This document shows positions 9,138-19,264 of a DNA stretch of 64,000 nucleotides, piece by piece. The notes below the pieces were generated by a model. It saw nothing but the letters and a program-made list of their open reading frames with translations, was not told the origin of the DNA and ran no database searches. The stretch is taken from the NCBI GenBank assembly GCA_040218735.1, contig JAVJQW010000041.1, forward strand, positions 320,001 to 384,000. Direction: 5' to 3'. Made by a program: the position numbers and the translations under genes. Origin of the DNA: Deltaproteobacteria bacterium (GTDB lineage: Bacteria; Myxococcota; Kuafuiibacteriia; Kuafuiibacteriales; Kuafuiibacteriaceae). Every line of letters begins with the position of its first letter. The stretch's first letter is position 1.

Positions 9138-9989
9138 ATGACCTCCACGCAAAAGGAAATCGAAGTCGGCTACGACATCTCGAACGCGTTCTTCTCGCTC
9201 TGGCTCGACGAGAACATGCACTACACGTCGGCGAGCTACCTGACGGGTGACGAGACCCTGGAGGAGGCTCAGATCAACAAGTGCCGCATCCTCTACGACT
9301 ACGCGGAGATGACGCCCGACAAGCGCGTCCTCGACATCGGCTGCGGCTGGGGCGCCAACCTCCAGTACCTCGCGCTCGACCGCGGCGTGAAGGACGCACA
9401 CGGCATCACGCTCTCGACGCAGCAGCACAACGAGATCGTCCGCCGCGCCATGCCGGGCGTGACGACGTGGGTCTGCGACTACGCGAAGTTCGAGCCGGAG
9501 AAGAAGTTCGACGCGCTGATCTCGATCGAGATGATCGACCACCTGTGCTCCCCCGCGCAGGCGCGCGACGGCCTCGCGGTCGAGCTGTACCGCACCTACT
9601 TCAACCGCCTCGCCCAGTGGGTCGAGCCGGGCGCGTGCTTCGGCTTCCAGGCGATCCTCCGCAACCGCGTACCGCGCCGGAAGAAGGACCTCGAGGATCT
9701 CGCGTTCACCGCGGACGTGATCTTCCCCGGCGGCCTCAACCCGCGCATCGAAGAGCTGGTCGTCGCCGTGAACCCGTACTGGGAAGTCGAAGAGATGCGC
9801 ACCCAGCGCGAGAGCTACGGTCGCACCACGGCGGAGTGGCTCGCGCGGATGCAGCGTCACGAAGCCCACATCCGCGAGACGTGGGGCGACGAGCTGTACG
9901 ACAACTACGACCGCTACCTGTCCACCTGCGTGCGCGCGTTCGAGAATCACTGGTCGAGCGACGTGCAGATGAAGCTGCGCCGCATCTGA
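9138..9989 (+). CDS. Cyclopropane-fatty-acyl/mycolic-acid-type SAM methyltransferase (short CMAS type)
   Basis: 'YDISNAFFSLWLDENMHYTSA', 'AQINK', SAM motif VLDIGCGWG, 'SIEM', 'IFPGG'. Confidence 0.9.
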   Translation: MTSTQKEIEVGYDISNAFFSLWLDENMHYTSASYLTGDETLEEAQINKCRILYDYAEMTPDKRVLDIGCGWGANLQYLALDRGVKDAHGITLSTQQHNEIVRRAMPGVTTWVCDYAKFEPEKKFDALISIEMIDHLCSPAQARDGLAVELYRTYFNRLAQWVEPGACFGFQAILRNRVPRRKKDLEDLAFTADVIFPGGLNPRIEELVVAVNPYWEVEEMRTQRESYGRTTAEWLARMQRHEAHIRETWGDELYDNYDRYLSTCVRAFENHWSSDVQMKLRRI

Positions 9990-10006
9990 TCCACTGACAC
10001 ACGAGC

Positions 10007-11737
10007 TCAGGGGGTCCGGTCGTACCGGAGGATCTCGCCGCGCTCGCCGACCACGATCGCCCGGAGCGCGTCCAGCCAACGCACCCCGCCGAAGAAGCTG
10101 CTACGTCCCGTGCCGACGTCGCGCCACGTCTGTCCGCCGTCCGTCGTCAGGATCGCCGCGCCCGAATGGCCGACCGCCATGCCGATCGACGCGTCGAAGA
10201 AGTGGACCGCGTAGAGGTCGTCGTCGATCGGTGTCGTCTGGAGCGCGAACGTCTGCGCGTCGTCATCGGACCGCAGCACCACGCCGCCTTCGCCGACGAC
10301 CCACCACGACGTGCCGACGTTCGTGACGTCGTTGAGCCAGTCGACGCCCGGGGTCGCGATCGCGACGAAGTCCCCCTCGCCGGCGGCGCGTGCGAGGTAG
10401 AAGTAACCGACCGCGACCGCGGTGGAGGCGGTGCTCACGTGCACCGCGGCGACCTGCGCCGGGAACGTCCCCGCGACGTACATCGGGCGCGCGCGCCACG
10501 TCGTCGCGTCACCCGCGACCGATGACCAGTAGCCGGCCGCGAGCAGCGCATCGGCGCGCGGGCACGCGATGGTGTTGAGGTAGGCCGTCCCGAACCACTG
10601 TCCACCGAACTCGGGTGCCGATGCTCGCACCGACCACGACGCACCGAAGTCCGACGACGCGAGGATCGCGTGCGCGCCGACCGCGTACGCCGTGCCGTCC
10701 ACGCCCAAGCACACGCCAGTGAGCGGCACGCCGGCGAGCGCGGTGACCTCGCTCCACGTCGCGCCGTCGCCGCGGTACACGGAGCCCTCGGCGGAGGTCG
10801 CGAGGAGCACGCCGTCGCGGGCGTCGAGATCGATGAGCGTCACTCCGACGCTGTCGACCTCCGTCCATCCTGCGCCGAGCGGCTCGTCGGCGGGGCGTTC
10901 GCCGCGGTCGAGCCACGCCCAGAGGTTGTCGAAGTGCCAGCCGTACAGCTCGTGTCCGGCGTCGGCCTCCTCGAAGAGGATCTGCGACGGACCAAGCCCC
11001 GCGGTGCGCACGGTGTCGAGCATCGGCGGGACCGTGCCGATCAGGTAGTCGCGGTAGCCGGTGACGGCGTAGACGCGGAAGGCGTCGTCCGCGAGCGGCG
11101 GTACGCCCGGCATCGCCCAGTGTCCGCCGCCCACGAAGCCGAACCCTCGGAACAGGTCGGGGCGCTCGAAGAGCTGCGCCGTCATGTTCGTGCCGCTCGA
11201 GAATCCGGAAGCGTAGGTGCGCGCGGCGTCGATCCGATACCGCGCGCGGAGCGACGCGAGGAGCTGCACCGCGAAAGCCAGGTTGCGCTCGAGGTCGCCG
11301 ACGTTCTGGTCCCAGCGATAGACGACCGAACCCCCCTCTTGCGAGAAGCGCGACCGCGGCCGCACGACGATGAACCCTTCGCGGTCCGCAAGCGCCTGGA
11401 GCTCGGCGGTTCGGTAGGCTTGTTCGGGGCGGTCACTCGCGGTGCCGTGGAAGTCCATCAGCAGCGGCATGCCGACCGCACAGTCGTAGTCGTTCGGGAC
11501 GTGGAGCCAATAGACGCGGGGCTCGCCGTCGACGACGAGGGGTTGTTCGATGAACGTGCCGGCGACGCCGTCGCAGGGCTGGGCGCCGGCGTCGCGCTGG
11601 GGCCCGCCGTCGCGGGCTTCGCCGCCATCGCGTCGTGTTCCCGCGTCCGCCGTGCCCGAGTCGCGCGCGAGGGGCGCTTCGACGCCGCCTCCGCAGGCCG
11701 TCAGCAGGAGTAGAGCAACGAAGTAGCGCGTGGCCAA
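10007..11737 (-). CDS. Lipoprotein: PHB-depolymerase/LpqC-type esterase fused to YCF48/BNR propeller
   Basis: Lipobox LTAC, 'PLLMDFHG', nucleophile GFSSG, and SxDxGxxW / TxDGGQTW repeats. The TTG start is uncertain. Confidence 0.8.
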   Translation of the reverse strand: MATRYFVALLLLTACGGGVEAPLARDSGTADAGTRRDGGEARDGGPQRDAGAQPCDGVAGTFIEQPLVVDGEPRVYWLHVPNDYDCAVGMPLLMDFHGTASDRPEQAYRTAELQALADREGFIVVRPRSRFSQEGGSVVYRWDQNVGDLERNLAFAVQLLASLRARYRIDAARTYASGFSSGTNMTAQLFERPDLFRGFGFVGGGHWAMPGVPPLADDAFRVYAVTGYRDYLIGTVPPMLDTVRTAGLGPSQILFEEADAGHELYGWHFDNLWAWLDRGERPADEPLGAGWTEVDSVGVTLIDLDARDGVLLATSAEGSVYRGDGATWSEVTALAGVPLTGVCLGVDGTAYAVGAHAILASSDFGASWSVRASAPEFGGQWFGTAYLNTIACPRADALLAAGYWSSVAGDATTWRARPMYVAGTFPAQVAAVHVSTASTAVAVGYFYLARAAGEGDFVAIATPGVDWLNDVTNVGTSWWVVGEGGVVLRSDDDAQTFALQTTPIDDDLYAVHFFDASIGMAVGHSGAAILTTDGGQTWRDVGTGRSSFFGGVRWLDALRAIVVGERGEILRYDRTP

Positions 11738-11830
11738 CGTGTTGTTACTTTCGCCAATCCCACGGACGAAGTCGACGAAGAACCCGCGGCGTCGATCGCC
11801 TCGATCTGCGTGCGCCATCAGCCTTCGGGC

Positions 11831-12499
11831 TCAGGCGGCGCTGCGCTTCTTCGGGATGGCTGGGCCGCCCTTGTCGAGCGCACGGGCGAAGGCCTCGCGT
11901 GCGGTGACGCGGGTGATCCAGGCGTCGATGTTCGGCCAGTGAGCACCGCCTCGCGACCGGGCGGCCTCGCAGGCGTAGTACATCTGGATGTCGGCGCCGC
12001 TGAAGTCGTCGCCGGCAAAGTACGGGTGGGCGCCGAGGGTGTCGTTCACGAACCCGAAGTGGGTGTCGATCGCCTCGCGCGTGAAGCCTTCCTCGACGCC
12101 GTCGGCGATCTTCTTGATGATCGGCTTCACGAAGAACGGGGCCTTCGTCTTCTTGATGCGTTCGACGATCAGCTGAACGAGCAGCGGCGGCATCGCCGAA
12201 CCCTCCGCGTAGTGCAGGAAGAACCGGTACGCGAGGAGCGCGCTCCCGCCTTCGGGGCGGAGCTGCCCTTCGCGCTCCGCGAAGTACTCGATGATCGCGC
12301 CGGACTCCGCGAGCATCTCGCCGTCGACCTCGACCACCGGCGCGCGGCCGAGGGGGTGGACCTTCGACAGCTCTGGTGGGGCGCGGAACCGCTTCGTCCG
12401 CTGGTACGTCTTCAGCGTGTACGACAGGCCCAGCTCTTCGAGGAGCCAGAGGGCTCGGATCGAGCGCGAGTGTTCGAGGTGGTGCACGACGATCGTCAT
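11831..12499 (-). CDS. Glutathione S-transferase
   Basis: 'HHLEHSRSIRALWLLEELG', 'HPLGRAPV', 'AESGAIIEY', 'YFAGDDFSGADI'. Confidence 0.93.
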   Translation of the reverse strand: MTIVVHHLEHSRSIRALWLLEELGLSYTLKTYQRTKRFRAPPELSKVHPLGRAPVVEVDGEMLAESGAIIEYFAEREGQLRPEGGSALLAYRFFLHYAEGSAMPPLLVQLIVERIKKTKAPFFVKPIIKKIADGVEEGFTREAIDTHFGFVNDTLGAHPYFAGDDFSGADIQMYYACEAARSRGGAHWPNIDAWITRVTAREAFARALDKGGPAIPKKRSAA

Positions 12500-12503
12500 G
12501 CGC

Positions 12504-15209
12504 TCAATACTCGCCGCTCGACAGCCGCTGCGCGACCTTCTTCGCGTACCCGGCCACGTCCGCCATCGTGCTCATCGAGAGCGCCTCGTTGGCGTAGACC
12601 GTGTTGCTCTGGCCCTGGAGGTGCGCTGCGCGCTCGAAGAACTTCTCGAGGCGCATCGAGTCCCCGCTGACGTGGGGGAAGAAGTCCCAGCGGCGGCTGT
12701 CCACGAGCTCCACGTTCGTCGCGCCGAGCTGCTTCATGTCGCCGTCGATCTTCTTCATCACTTCCGCGTCGGACATCCCCTCGGGCGCGAAGAGGTGGAA
12801 CACGAAGACGTCGTCGTCCGCGTGGCGCTTGATCCACGCCATCGGGTGACCCATCCGTTCGAGGTCCATGTTCTCCGCGAGGTAGCCGACCTCGGACTTG
12901 CCGTCCGCGATACCGCCGACGCGACACGCGAACGTGGAGTACGGCATGTGCTGGACCTGGCCGAAGAGATCGCGCTCTTCGTACGACGCATCGAGCATCG
13001 ACAGCGCGGCCTTCGGATCACACGCGACGACGAGCCGATCGAACTCCATCGCCGAGTCCTGCCCGGCGACCTTCACCTTCACCTTGTCGCCGCTGCGATC
13101 CACATCGACGACCTCCTGGCCGGTGCGGACGTCCATCCCTTCGGCGAGCCCGCGCCAGATGGGACGCGTGCCGTCTTCCCACATCAGTCGCGGCTTCCGC
13201 GCGCCGGCGACCGCGCGAAGGTCGAGCATCCGGTAGCCGTAGATCGCGGGTGTGGTCTTGGGATCGCCGTAGCCGTACCCGGTGAGGTACGTGTCCATGG
13301 TCCGCTGGAACTCGTTCAGGCCCTGGCGGCGGGTCACGACCGGGAAGGGATCGGCCAACGACTCGTCCGGGACTTCGATGCCCGAGAGGCCCCCCTGCAG
13401 CGTGTTGCCGATTGCGTAGCGCACCGCTTCGAGCATCAGTCGCGCCTGTTCGCCACGGCTGCGTGGCTGCGCCGGGCCGCCGGCGCCGAGGTCGTAGTTC
13501 ACTTCGTCGGGGAACTGGACCGTCTCGACGCCGACCTCGTCCGCGAACGCGACGACGTCGCGGTACTTGCCGCTGACCCCCATCGTCGCGCCGAGGTCGT
13601 GGGGCCTTCCTTCGATCGAAACCGTGTGGCTCTTGCCGCCGACCTCGTCGTCGCGTTCGAGCACGACGACGTTTGTGTGCCCGAGCTGCTTCAGCTCATG
13701 CGCGACGGTGAGGCCCGACGGTCCGCCGCCGAGCACGCAGATTCGTGCGTCCTTCGGTAGCGCGCCCTTCTCGACCTTCGGTGTGGCGAGCACCTCGTTG
13801 ACGTGCTGACGCTTTGCCTCGAGCTGATCGATCTTGGCTTTGGTGGTCGCTTCCTCGGCCTCGGTCGCGCGCCAGCCGTCGAGCTGCTTGCGCGTAGGCA
13901 GCTCGCGGATCGGTTCGATCCCGTCGGTCGCGCCGCCCTTCACGTAGACGACCTGGTCGAGCTGGAGCTCTTCGGCTCGGAAGCCGCCGGCCACCGAGCG
14001 GAGATAGAAGTCCCACATTCGCTTGAAGCGATCGGAGTAGTCGCCGGCGAGGTCGGGCCAGGCGTCGGTGAAGCCGTCGTGCCAGTCGAGCAGCGTTTGG
14101 TCGTAGTGCGGGGTGATGCGGTGGACGTCCGCGGGCCCGCCGAACGACGTCGACGCCGCCTTGTCGACCTGGTTGCGCGAGGGCGCGACACCGTCGTGGA
14201 AGATGTACTTGCTGAACCACGTGTTGCAGTTGACGACGTCCTTGTTCGACGCGATCGCCTGCAGCGCGAAGCGACCGCCGTCCTTCAGGACGGCGCTGGC
14301 GGATTCGAAGTACGGGTGCAGGTTCTTTTGGCCGACCGCTTCGATCATCTCGATCGAGACCACGTGATCGAAAGTGCCCGCTTCGAACTTCAACGGCAGG
14401 TCGCGGTAGTCACAATGCTCGAAGGTTACGCCGTCGACGTCCTCCGACAGCGCACGCGCCGCCTTGAGCTGCTCACCGGAGATTGTGATCCCGGTGACCT
14501 CGGCGCCGTAGTTCTTCGCCGCGAAGCGCGCGAACCCGCCGAAGCCGCACCCGATGTCGAGGACCTTGTCGCCGGGCTTCAGGTCGAGCTTGCGGCAGAG
14601 CAGATCGTACTTGGCGTTCTGCGCGTCCTGGAGATCGAAACCTTCGCCGTAGACGCCGCTGGTGTACGTCATCGTGGCGTCGAGCATCCGCCGGTACAGC
14701 TCGTTGCCCGCGTCGTAGTGCTCCTTCGCGACCTTCGGCGAGCGCGTCCGCGTCTGGCGGTTGAGGACCGAGTCCCTGAGATTGCGGAACGTCTGGGTGG
14801 CCCACGCGCGGGTCAACAGGCCGGGCGTCTCGAGGAGCGCCGGCACCGCGAGCAGCTCCTTCTTCGCGTCCGTTGCCATCAGGCGCGCGCACATCTCGTC
14901 GACCGCGGCGCAGTCCCACAGGCCGTCCATGTACGTCTCGCCGAGCTGGAGGTCGGGGTCCGAGAGCACGCGGGTGTAGAAGCGCTCGTCGTGGACCTGG
15001 ATGTCCCACGGGCGGCTCCCGCCGATCTCGATGTCGGCGACGGCGAGGACGCGCTCGACGTTGGCCTTGGCGCGTTCGGTCCGTGTCCCCGAGAACGGGC
15101 CGCTCGGTCCCAGCGGCGTCTGGAGCGCGGGGCTCTTCGCGGGCGCATCGCCGGTCGCGGCCGTCTTCAGGGGGCTGACGGAGCCTGTGCGAACCTTGAA
15201 ATCGGACAC
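12504..15209 (-). CDS. Fusion of cyclopropane fatty acid synthase (N-terminal) and FAD-dependent PAI-like fatty-acid isomerase/oxidoreductase (C-terminal)
   Basis: Cfa motifs 'RPWDIQVHDERFY', 'LGETYMDG', 'HYDAGNELY', VLDIGCGFG. C-terminal domain has GGGPSG, 'LERDDEVGGKSHT', 'LGATMGV', 'WDFFPHV', 'LQGQSNTVY'. Confidence 0.88.
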   Translation of the reverse strand: MSDFKVRTGSVSPLKTAATGDAPAKSPALQTPLGPSGPFSGTRTERAKANVERVLAVADIEIGGSRPWDIQVHDERFYTRVLSDPDLQLGETYMDGLWDCAAVDEMCARLMATDAKKELLAVPALLETPGLLTRAWATQTFRNLRDSVLNRQTRTRSPKVAKEHYDAGNELYRRMLDATMTYTSGVYGEGFDLQDAQNAKYDLLCRKLDLKPGDKVLDIGCGFGGFARFAAKNYGAEVTGITISGEQLKAARALSEDVDGVTFEHCDYRDLPLKFEAGTFDHVVSIEMIEAVGQKNLHPYFESASAVLKDGGRFALQAIASNKDVVNCNTWFSKYIFHDGVAPSRNQVDKAASTSFGGPADVHRITPHYDQTLLDWHDGFTDAWPDLAGDYSDRFKRMWDFYLRSVAGGFRAEELQLDQVVYVKGGATDGIEPIRELPTRKQLDGWRATEAEEATTKAKIDQLEAKRQHVNEVLATPKVEKGALPKDARICVLGGGPSGLTVAHELKQLGHTNVVVLERDDEVGGKSHTVSIEGRPHDLGATMGVSGKYRDVVAFADEVGVETVQFPDEVNYDLGAGGPAQPRSRGEQARLMLEAVRYAIGNTLQGGLSGIEVPDESLADPFPVVTRRQGLNEFQRTMDTYLTGYGYGDPKTTPAIYGYRMLDLRAVAGARKPRLMWEDGTRPIWRGLAEGMDVRTGQEVVDVDRSGDKVKVKVAGQDSAMEFDRLVVACDPKAALSMLDASYEERDLFGQVQHMPYSTFACRVGGIADGKSEVGYLAENMDLERMGHPMAWIKRHADDDVFVFHLFAPEGMSDAEVMKKIDGDMKQLGATNVELVDSRRWDFFPHVSGDSMRLEKFFERAAHLQGQSNTVYANEALSMSTMADVAGYAKKVAQRLSSGEY

Positions 15210-15215
15210 GCGCCC

Positions 15216-15243
15216 TTATCGGCGGCTACCCCGGTTCGGGTGC
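15216..15243 (-). promoter_or_regulatory. sigma28/FliA-like promoter upstream of the CFA-isomerase fusion
   Basis: Minus strand reads GCACC-N15-GCCGATAA, a perfect sigma28 -10 element, 6 nt before the GTG start. Confidence 0.6.
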
Positions 15244-15357
15244 TCCGATCGTATGCTGAAGGTACACATGTCCCAGGTCAGTAGGCCGTCACGTGGCGGG
15301 CGTTGCCGTCCGCGTCGACGAAGCACGTGCCTCCCGTGCACGCCGAGGTCGCGTCTG

Positions 15358-15909
15358 CAGGAGAAGGAGGTCGCGATCGACACCCTCGCGGCGCGGCAGC
15401 AGCTCGGGAGCGTCCTGTACTTCGCGGGCCGGTACGACGACGCGCGCGAGGCGACGCTCGCCGCGGTCGAAGGTTACCGGCGCGCGGGCCTGACGGACGT
15501 CGAGGCCAACGCCGACGCGCTCTCGACGCTCGGGATGATCGAGACTCGCCTCGCGCACAACGAGGCGGCGATGGCGCGGCTCACGGAGGCGCGGGCCATC
15601 CATGAGCGGCTGGGCAACCCGGACACGCTCGAGGCGCTCCGGGTGCTGTCGCGGCTCGCGGTCGTCTACACGAACATGGAGCGCTACGAGGAGGCCGAGC
15701 CGATGTACCTCGACCTCATCGAGCGCGGGAAGGCGGCGCTCGGTGAAGATCCCCCCGAGGTCGCGCTCGCGGTTTCCAACCTCGCCGCGCAGTACGACCG
15801 GACCGGTCGGCCGAAGGAGGCGCACGCGTTGATGAAGGAGGCGCTCGCGATTCAGTCGCCGTCGACACCGACCACGCCGAGCGCGGCGTCGAACGTGACG
15901 TTGCCGTAG
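15358..15909 (+). pseudogene. Tetratricopeptide-repeat (TPR_10/12-like) gene fragment
   Basis: 'LAVVYTNMERYEEAEPMY', 'LGEDPPEVALAVSNLAAQY..TGR..EA'. No credible start, and similarity stops at ~15855 where it meets the SpvB-like gene. Confidence 0.6.
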
Positions 15910-18488
15910 CCGTCGTAGGTCATCTCGGAGCGGACGGTCTTCCACTCGGCCTCGGCGAGGCCCTCCTGGTGCGTCACCTCCGAAGCGCTCGCGCACGGGA
16001 AGTAGACGCCGCGGCGGCCGGCGGCGACCAGCGTCGCGGGGTCGGGGACCTCGGCGACGTCGCAGTCCGTGTACGTGGTGACGGTCTGGTTGATGACGCG
16101 GTCGTCGGAGAGGATCGTGGTCTCGAGCTCGAGGCCGTTTCGGTGCGGCGCCGTGCGACCGACGTCGAAGAGGTACGCCGTGGTCGACTTCTCCTGGAAC
16201 TCGTCGGCGGCGACGGTGGTCTCGATGCGCTCGAAGCCGCGGTACTGCTTCTCGACGCCGTCGTAGAAGCCGTCGCGGTAGCTCGTCGTGGTGATCTCGT
16301 GCAGGCCGCTGCCGTCCTCGTTGCCGGTGAGCGTGACGAAGCGGTCGATGCGCGCGACGAGCTGCATCGGGATCTGGAGCTGGTGCGTCCAGGGGTTACC
16401 GGCGGCGCGCGCCTCGGCCGACGCCTGCGCGGCGGTGGTGTACGCGATCTTCTGGACGCTGCCGATGCCGTTGTCGACGCGGGTCATCAGGTTCGGGCGG
16501 CGGGGGAAGAGCTCGAGGTACGAGACGTCGCCGTTTTCGAGGAACCACACCACGTCGTCGGAGCCGTTGGCGTTCATGTCCGCGAAGAGGACCGTGACGC
16601 GCGGGCCGCGCTGGGGGATCGAGCCGGTGATGTCGTCGCTGGTGAGGGTGACGAACGCGTCGAAGCGATCGCCGTTGCGGTTGATGGCGTAGCGAAGCTG
16701 CGTCTCCTGCACGATGACGATGTCGGCGATGCCGTCGCCGTTGAGGTCTTCGAGCTCGGCGCGCGCCACGTCGGTCGGGCTGATCGTCAGCCCGGTCACG
16801 CTGCGCCAGTTGGTGCTCCACTGACCGTGGCCGAGGTTGAGGCGGTAGCGGACGGTGCCGTCGGTGCGGAGCTCGACCGGGTCGTTGAGCCCGTCGCCGT
16901 TCATGTCGGCGAACTGCACGTTGCTCGTGCCGCCGAACGCCGCGCCGATCGCTGCGACCGACTGCGTGGAGAACGCGTCACCGTCGTTGTGGTAGAGCGT
17001 CGTGACCTGGCCGGTGCTGGTCAGGAGGTCGACGCGTTTGTCGTCATCGATGTCGATGAAGCGCGCCGACGAGAAGTCGATGCCGTTGAGGCCCGAGATG
17101 TCCCCGAACGTGCGGCGGGCGGCCCAGTCGCCGTCGCCGCCGTTCTCCAGCCACGAGCCGGTGCTCGCGGACAGCAGGTCCGCGCGGCCGTCACCGTTGA
17201 CGTCGAAGGCCTGGACGAGCCCGGTGCCGCCGAGCTGCATCCCGCCGGTGCCGGCGATGGAGGTCGCGACCGACGCGGCGAAGCCGTGGTCGAAGCCGCC
17301 GGTGCTGTTCGGCGTGAGGGTGTTGACCGCGAAGCGGTGACCGTTGGTGTCGCTCGTGTCGAGGATGTCGGGGAGCGCGTCGCCGTTGATGTCGATGAGC
17401 GTGACCTGGCCGTTGCTGATCGCGCCGCCCGTGAGGCTGCCCATGTCGACGAGGTACGGCGTGTCGCAGTCGGCGCCTTCACACTCGACGCCGAGCGCCT
17501 GGCTGTACCCGAACGAATGCACGACCGGGTAGCGCTCGCCGGCCGCGAGGCCGCCGACACCGTACTTCTCGACCTGCGCGAGGCGGCTGAAGCCGCCGGA
17601 CGTCGCGTCGGCCTCGTAGGTGAGGACGTACTCGCGGATCGTCGAAGTGTCGTTCTTCACGTGGATGTGCGAGACGCGGTCGGCGGTGAGCTCTTCGTAG
17701 CCGCGGCTGGCGTCGGAGAGGAGATCCGAGCGGGGCTCGTAGTCGATCTCCACGGAATAGATGTCGTCCGCGCCGGTGCCGTCGTCGAGCCAGCTGATGC
17801 TCGACAGCAGCGGCACGGTGCCGTTGTGCGCCTGGTAGCCGTAGCGGACGGCGTGGCCGTAGGGGTCGACGGTCTCGACGAGCGCGTACTCGGCGGTGCC
17901 CCCCTGCGGGCGCGTCTTGCGGGCGCTGGCGACGAGGGTGCCGGTCCGGTCGGCGCCGAAGTAGCTGACGCTGCCGTCCGGGTTCTCGGCGATCCAGTAG
18001 CCCTCTTCGCCGCTCCCCGCGGTGGCCCAGCGGTAGCGCGTGAAGGACTTCTCGAAGCGCGCGCGATAGATGAGGTCGCCGTCTTCGGTGCCGACCTGCA
18101 CGAGCTCGGCGCCGCCGACGTCGAAGAGGTCGTCGGTGTCGTAATCGGGGGCGCCGCGCGAGGTCATGCGCCCGATCATCGGGACGGCCATCGACCAGCC
18201 GATACCGACCGGCCCGGAGCCGGCCGCGGAGGAGTAGGCCAGGGACAGGCTGGGGCTCGCCCCGGGGAAGCCGCCGGGTAGCTCGATGGCGATCGACTGC
18301 GACATGGACGCCATGTTCGGGTCGAGCTCGACGTCGTCGCCGACGCCTTCGATCGAACCGGGTCCCTGGGGGAGGCTGACGCGGTCGTCGTCCACCCCGG
18401 TCTGGGCCTGCACGAAGACAGGCGCAGCGACGCAGGCGAGCGAGAGCGCGAGTGAGCTGAGGAGCTTGAGCGCGTAGGGTGTGTTCAT
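15852..18488 (-). pseudogene. SpvB/TcdB-type toxin-shell protein with signal peptide and FG-GAP repeats, truncated before the RHS core
   Basis: 'LSLAYSSAAGSGPVGIGWSM' (SpvB), DxNGDG repeats, 'NLMTRVDNGIG', 'YDGVEKQYRGFERIE'. Ends just after the first 'YDGYGNV' with no RHS core or toxin tip. Confidence 0.75.
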
Positions 18489-18555
18489 ACGGCTCATGAG
18501 CCGCATTCCGGAGCTGAACCCCGCCACGAGAACCCCCGGAGCTCTTGTACGGGCC

Positions 18556-18572
18556 TGATAGCATTGATATCA
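18556..18572. promoter_or_regulatory. Putative antitoxin operator (imperfect palindrome TGATAGCA-T-TGATATCA)
   Basis: Lies 9 nt before the antitoxin ATG. TGATAGCA is the half-site reported for Neisseria FitA. Confidence 0.55.
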
Positions 18573-18581
18573 TCGACGGCG

Positions 18582-18812
18582 ATGGCTCAGCTCATCGTCC
18601 GAAATCTCCCGGAGGATCTGGTCCTCGCCCTCAAGCGGCGCGCCGCGTCCAATGGGCGTTCGGCGGAGGAGGAGCACCGGGACATTCTTCGGCACACCTT
18701 GCTCCCGGAGCCTCGCATTTCACTCAAGGCGCTGCTGCAGAGCATCCCTTCGGTCGGGGCGGATGAGGACTTCGAGCGCGAGCGTGACTTGGGACGCGAC
18801 GTCGAGCTGTGA
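18582..18812 (+). CDS. FitA-like ribbon-helix-helix antitoxin
   Basis: 'MAQLIVRNLPEDLVLALKRRAASNGRSAEEEHRDIL'. Stop overlaps the toxin GTG. Confidence 0.88.
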   Translation: MAQLIVRNLPEDLVLALKRRAASNGRSAEEEHRDILRHTLLPEPRISLKALLQSIPSVGADEDFERERDLGRDVEL

Positions 18813-19219
18813 GCTTTCTCCTCGACACCAACATCCTATCGGAGCTGCGCAAAGGAGATCGCGCGAACGTCGGCGTTCGGACTTGGTTCGAAGCCGTCGA
18901 TGACGATGCGATCTTCCTGAGTGTCCTCGTGATCGGTGAGCTACGGCGCGGTGTGGAACGCATTCGTCGTCGCGACCCGGCTGCGGCAGGAAGTTTGGAT
19001 TCGTGGCTGACTGCCGTGACGACGCAGCACGAAGAACGCATCTTGCCCGTGTCGCAAAGGATCGCCGAGGTCTGGGGCCGGTTCGGTGTTCCGGATCCTG
19101 TCCCGGTCGTACACGCTCTGCTCGCCGCGACGGCGCTCGTTCACGGACTTACGGTCGTTACGCGGAACGAGGCCGACGTGGCGCGAACGGGCGTCGACTG
19201 GCTGAACCCGTTCTCCTGA
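18809..19219 (+). CDS. vapC: VapC/FitB PIN-domain toxin
   Basis: 'FLLDTNILSELRK', 'LSVLVIGEL', 'LLAATALVHGLTVVTRN', 'LNPF'. Confidence 0.92.
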   Translation: MSFLLDTNILSELRKGDRANVGVRTWFEAVDDDAIFLSVLVIGELRRGVERIRRRDPAAAGSLDSWLTAVTTQHEERILPVSQRIAEVWGRFGVPDPVPVVHALLAATALVHGLTVVTRNEADVARTGVDWLNPFS

Positions 19220-19264
19220 CTCACCGTCGGGAGTCCTCAGCGTGCGCTTCGCGCGCCGGTGCGC

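Noticed and set aside
15690-15854. Stop-codon readthrough or frameshift extending the SpvB-like gene
   Set aside because: The in-frame sequence after the TGA shows no YD/RHS motifs, and the opposite strand clearly encodes TPR repeats.
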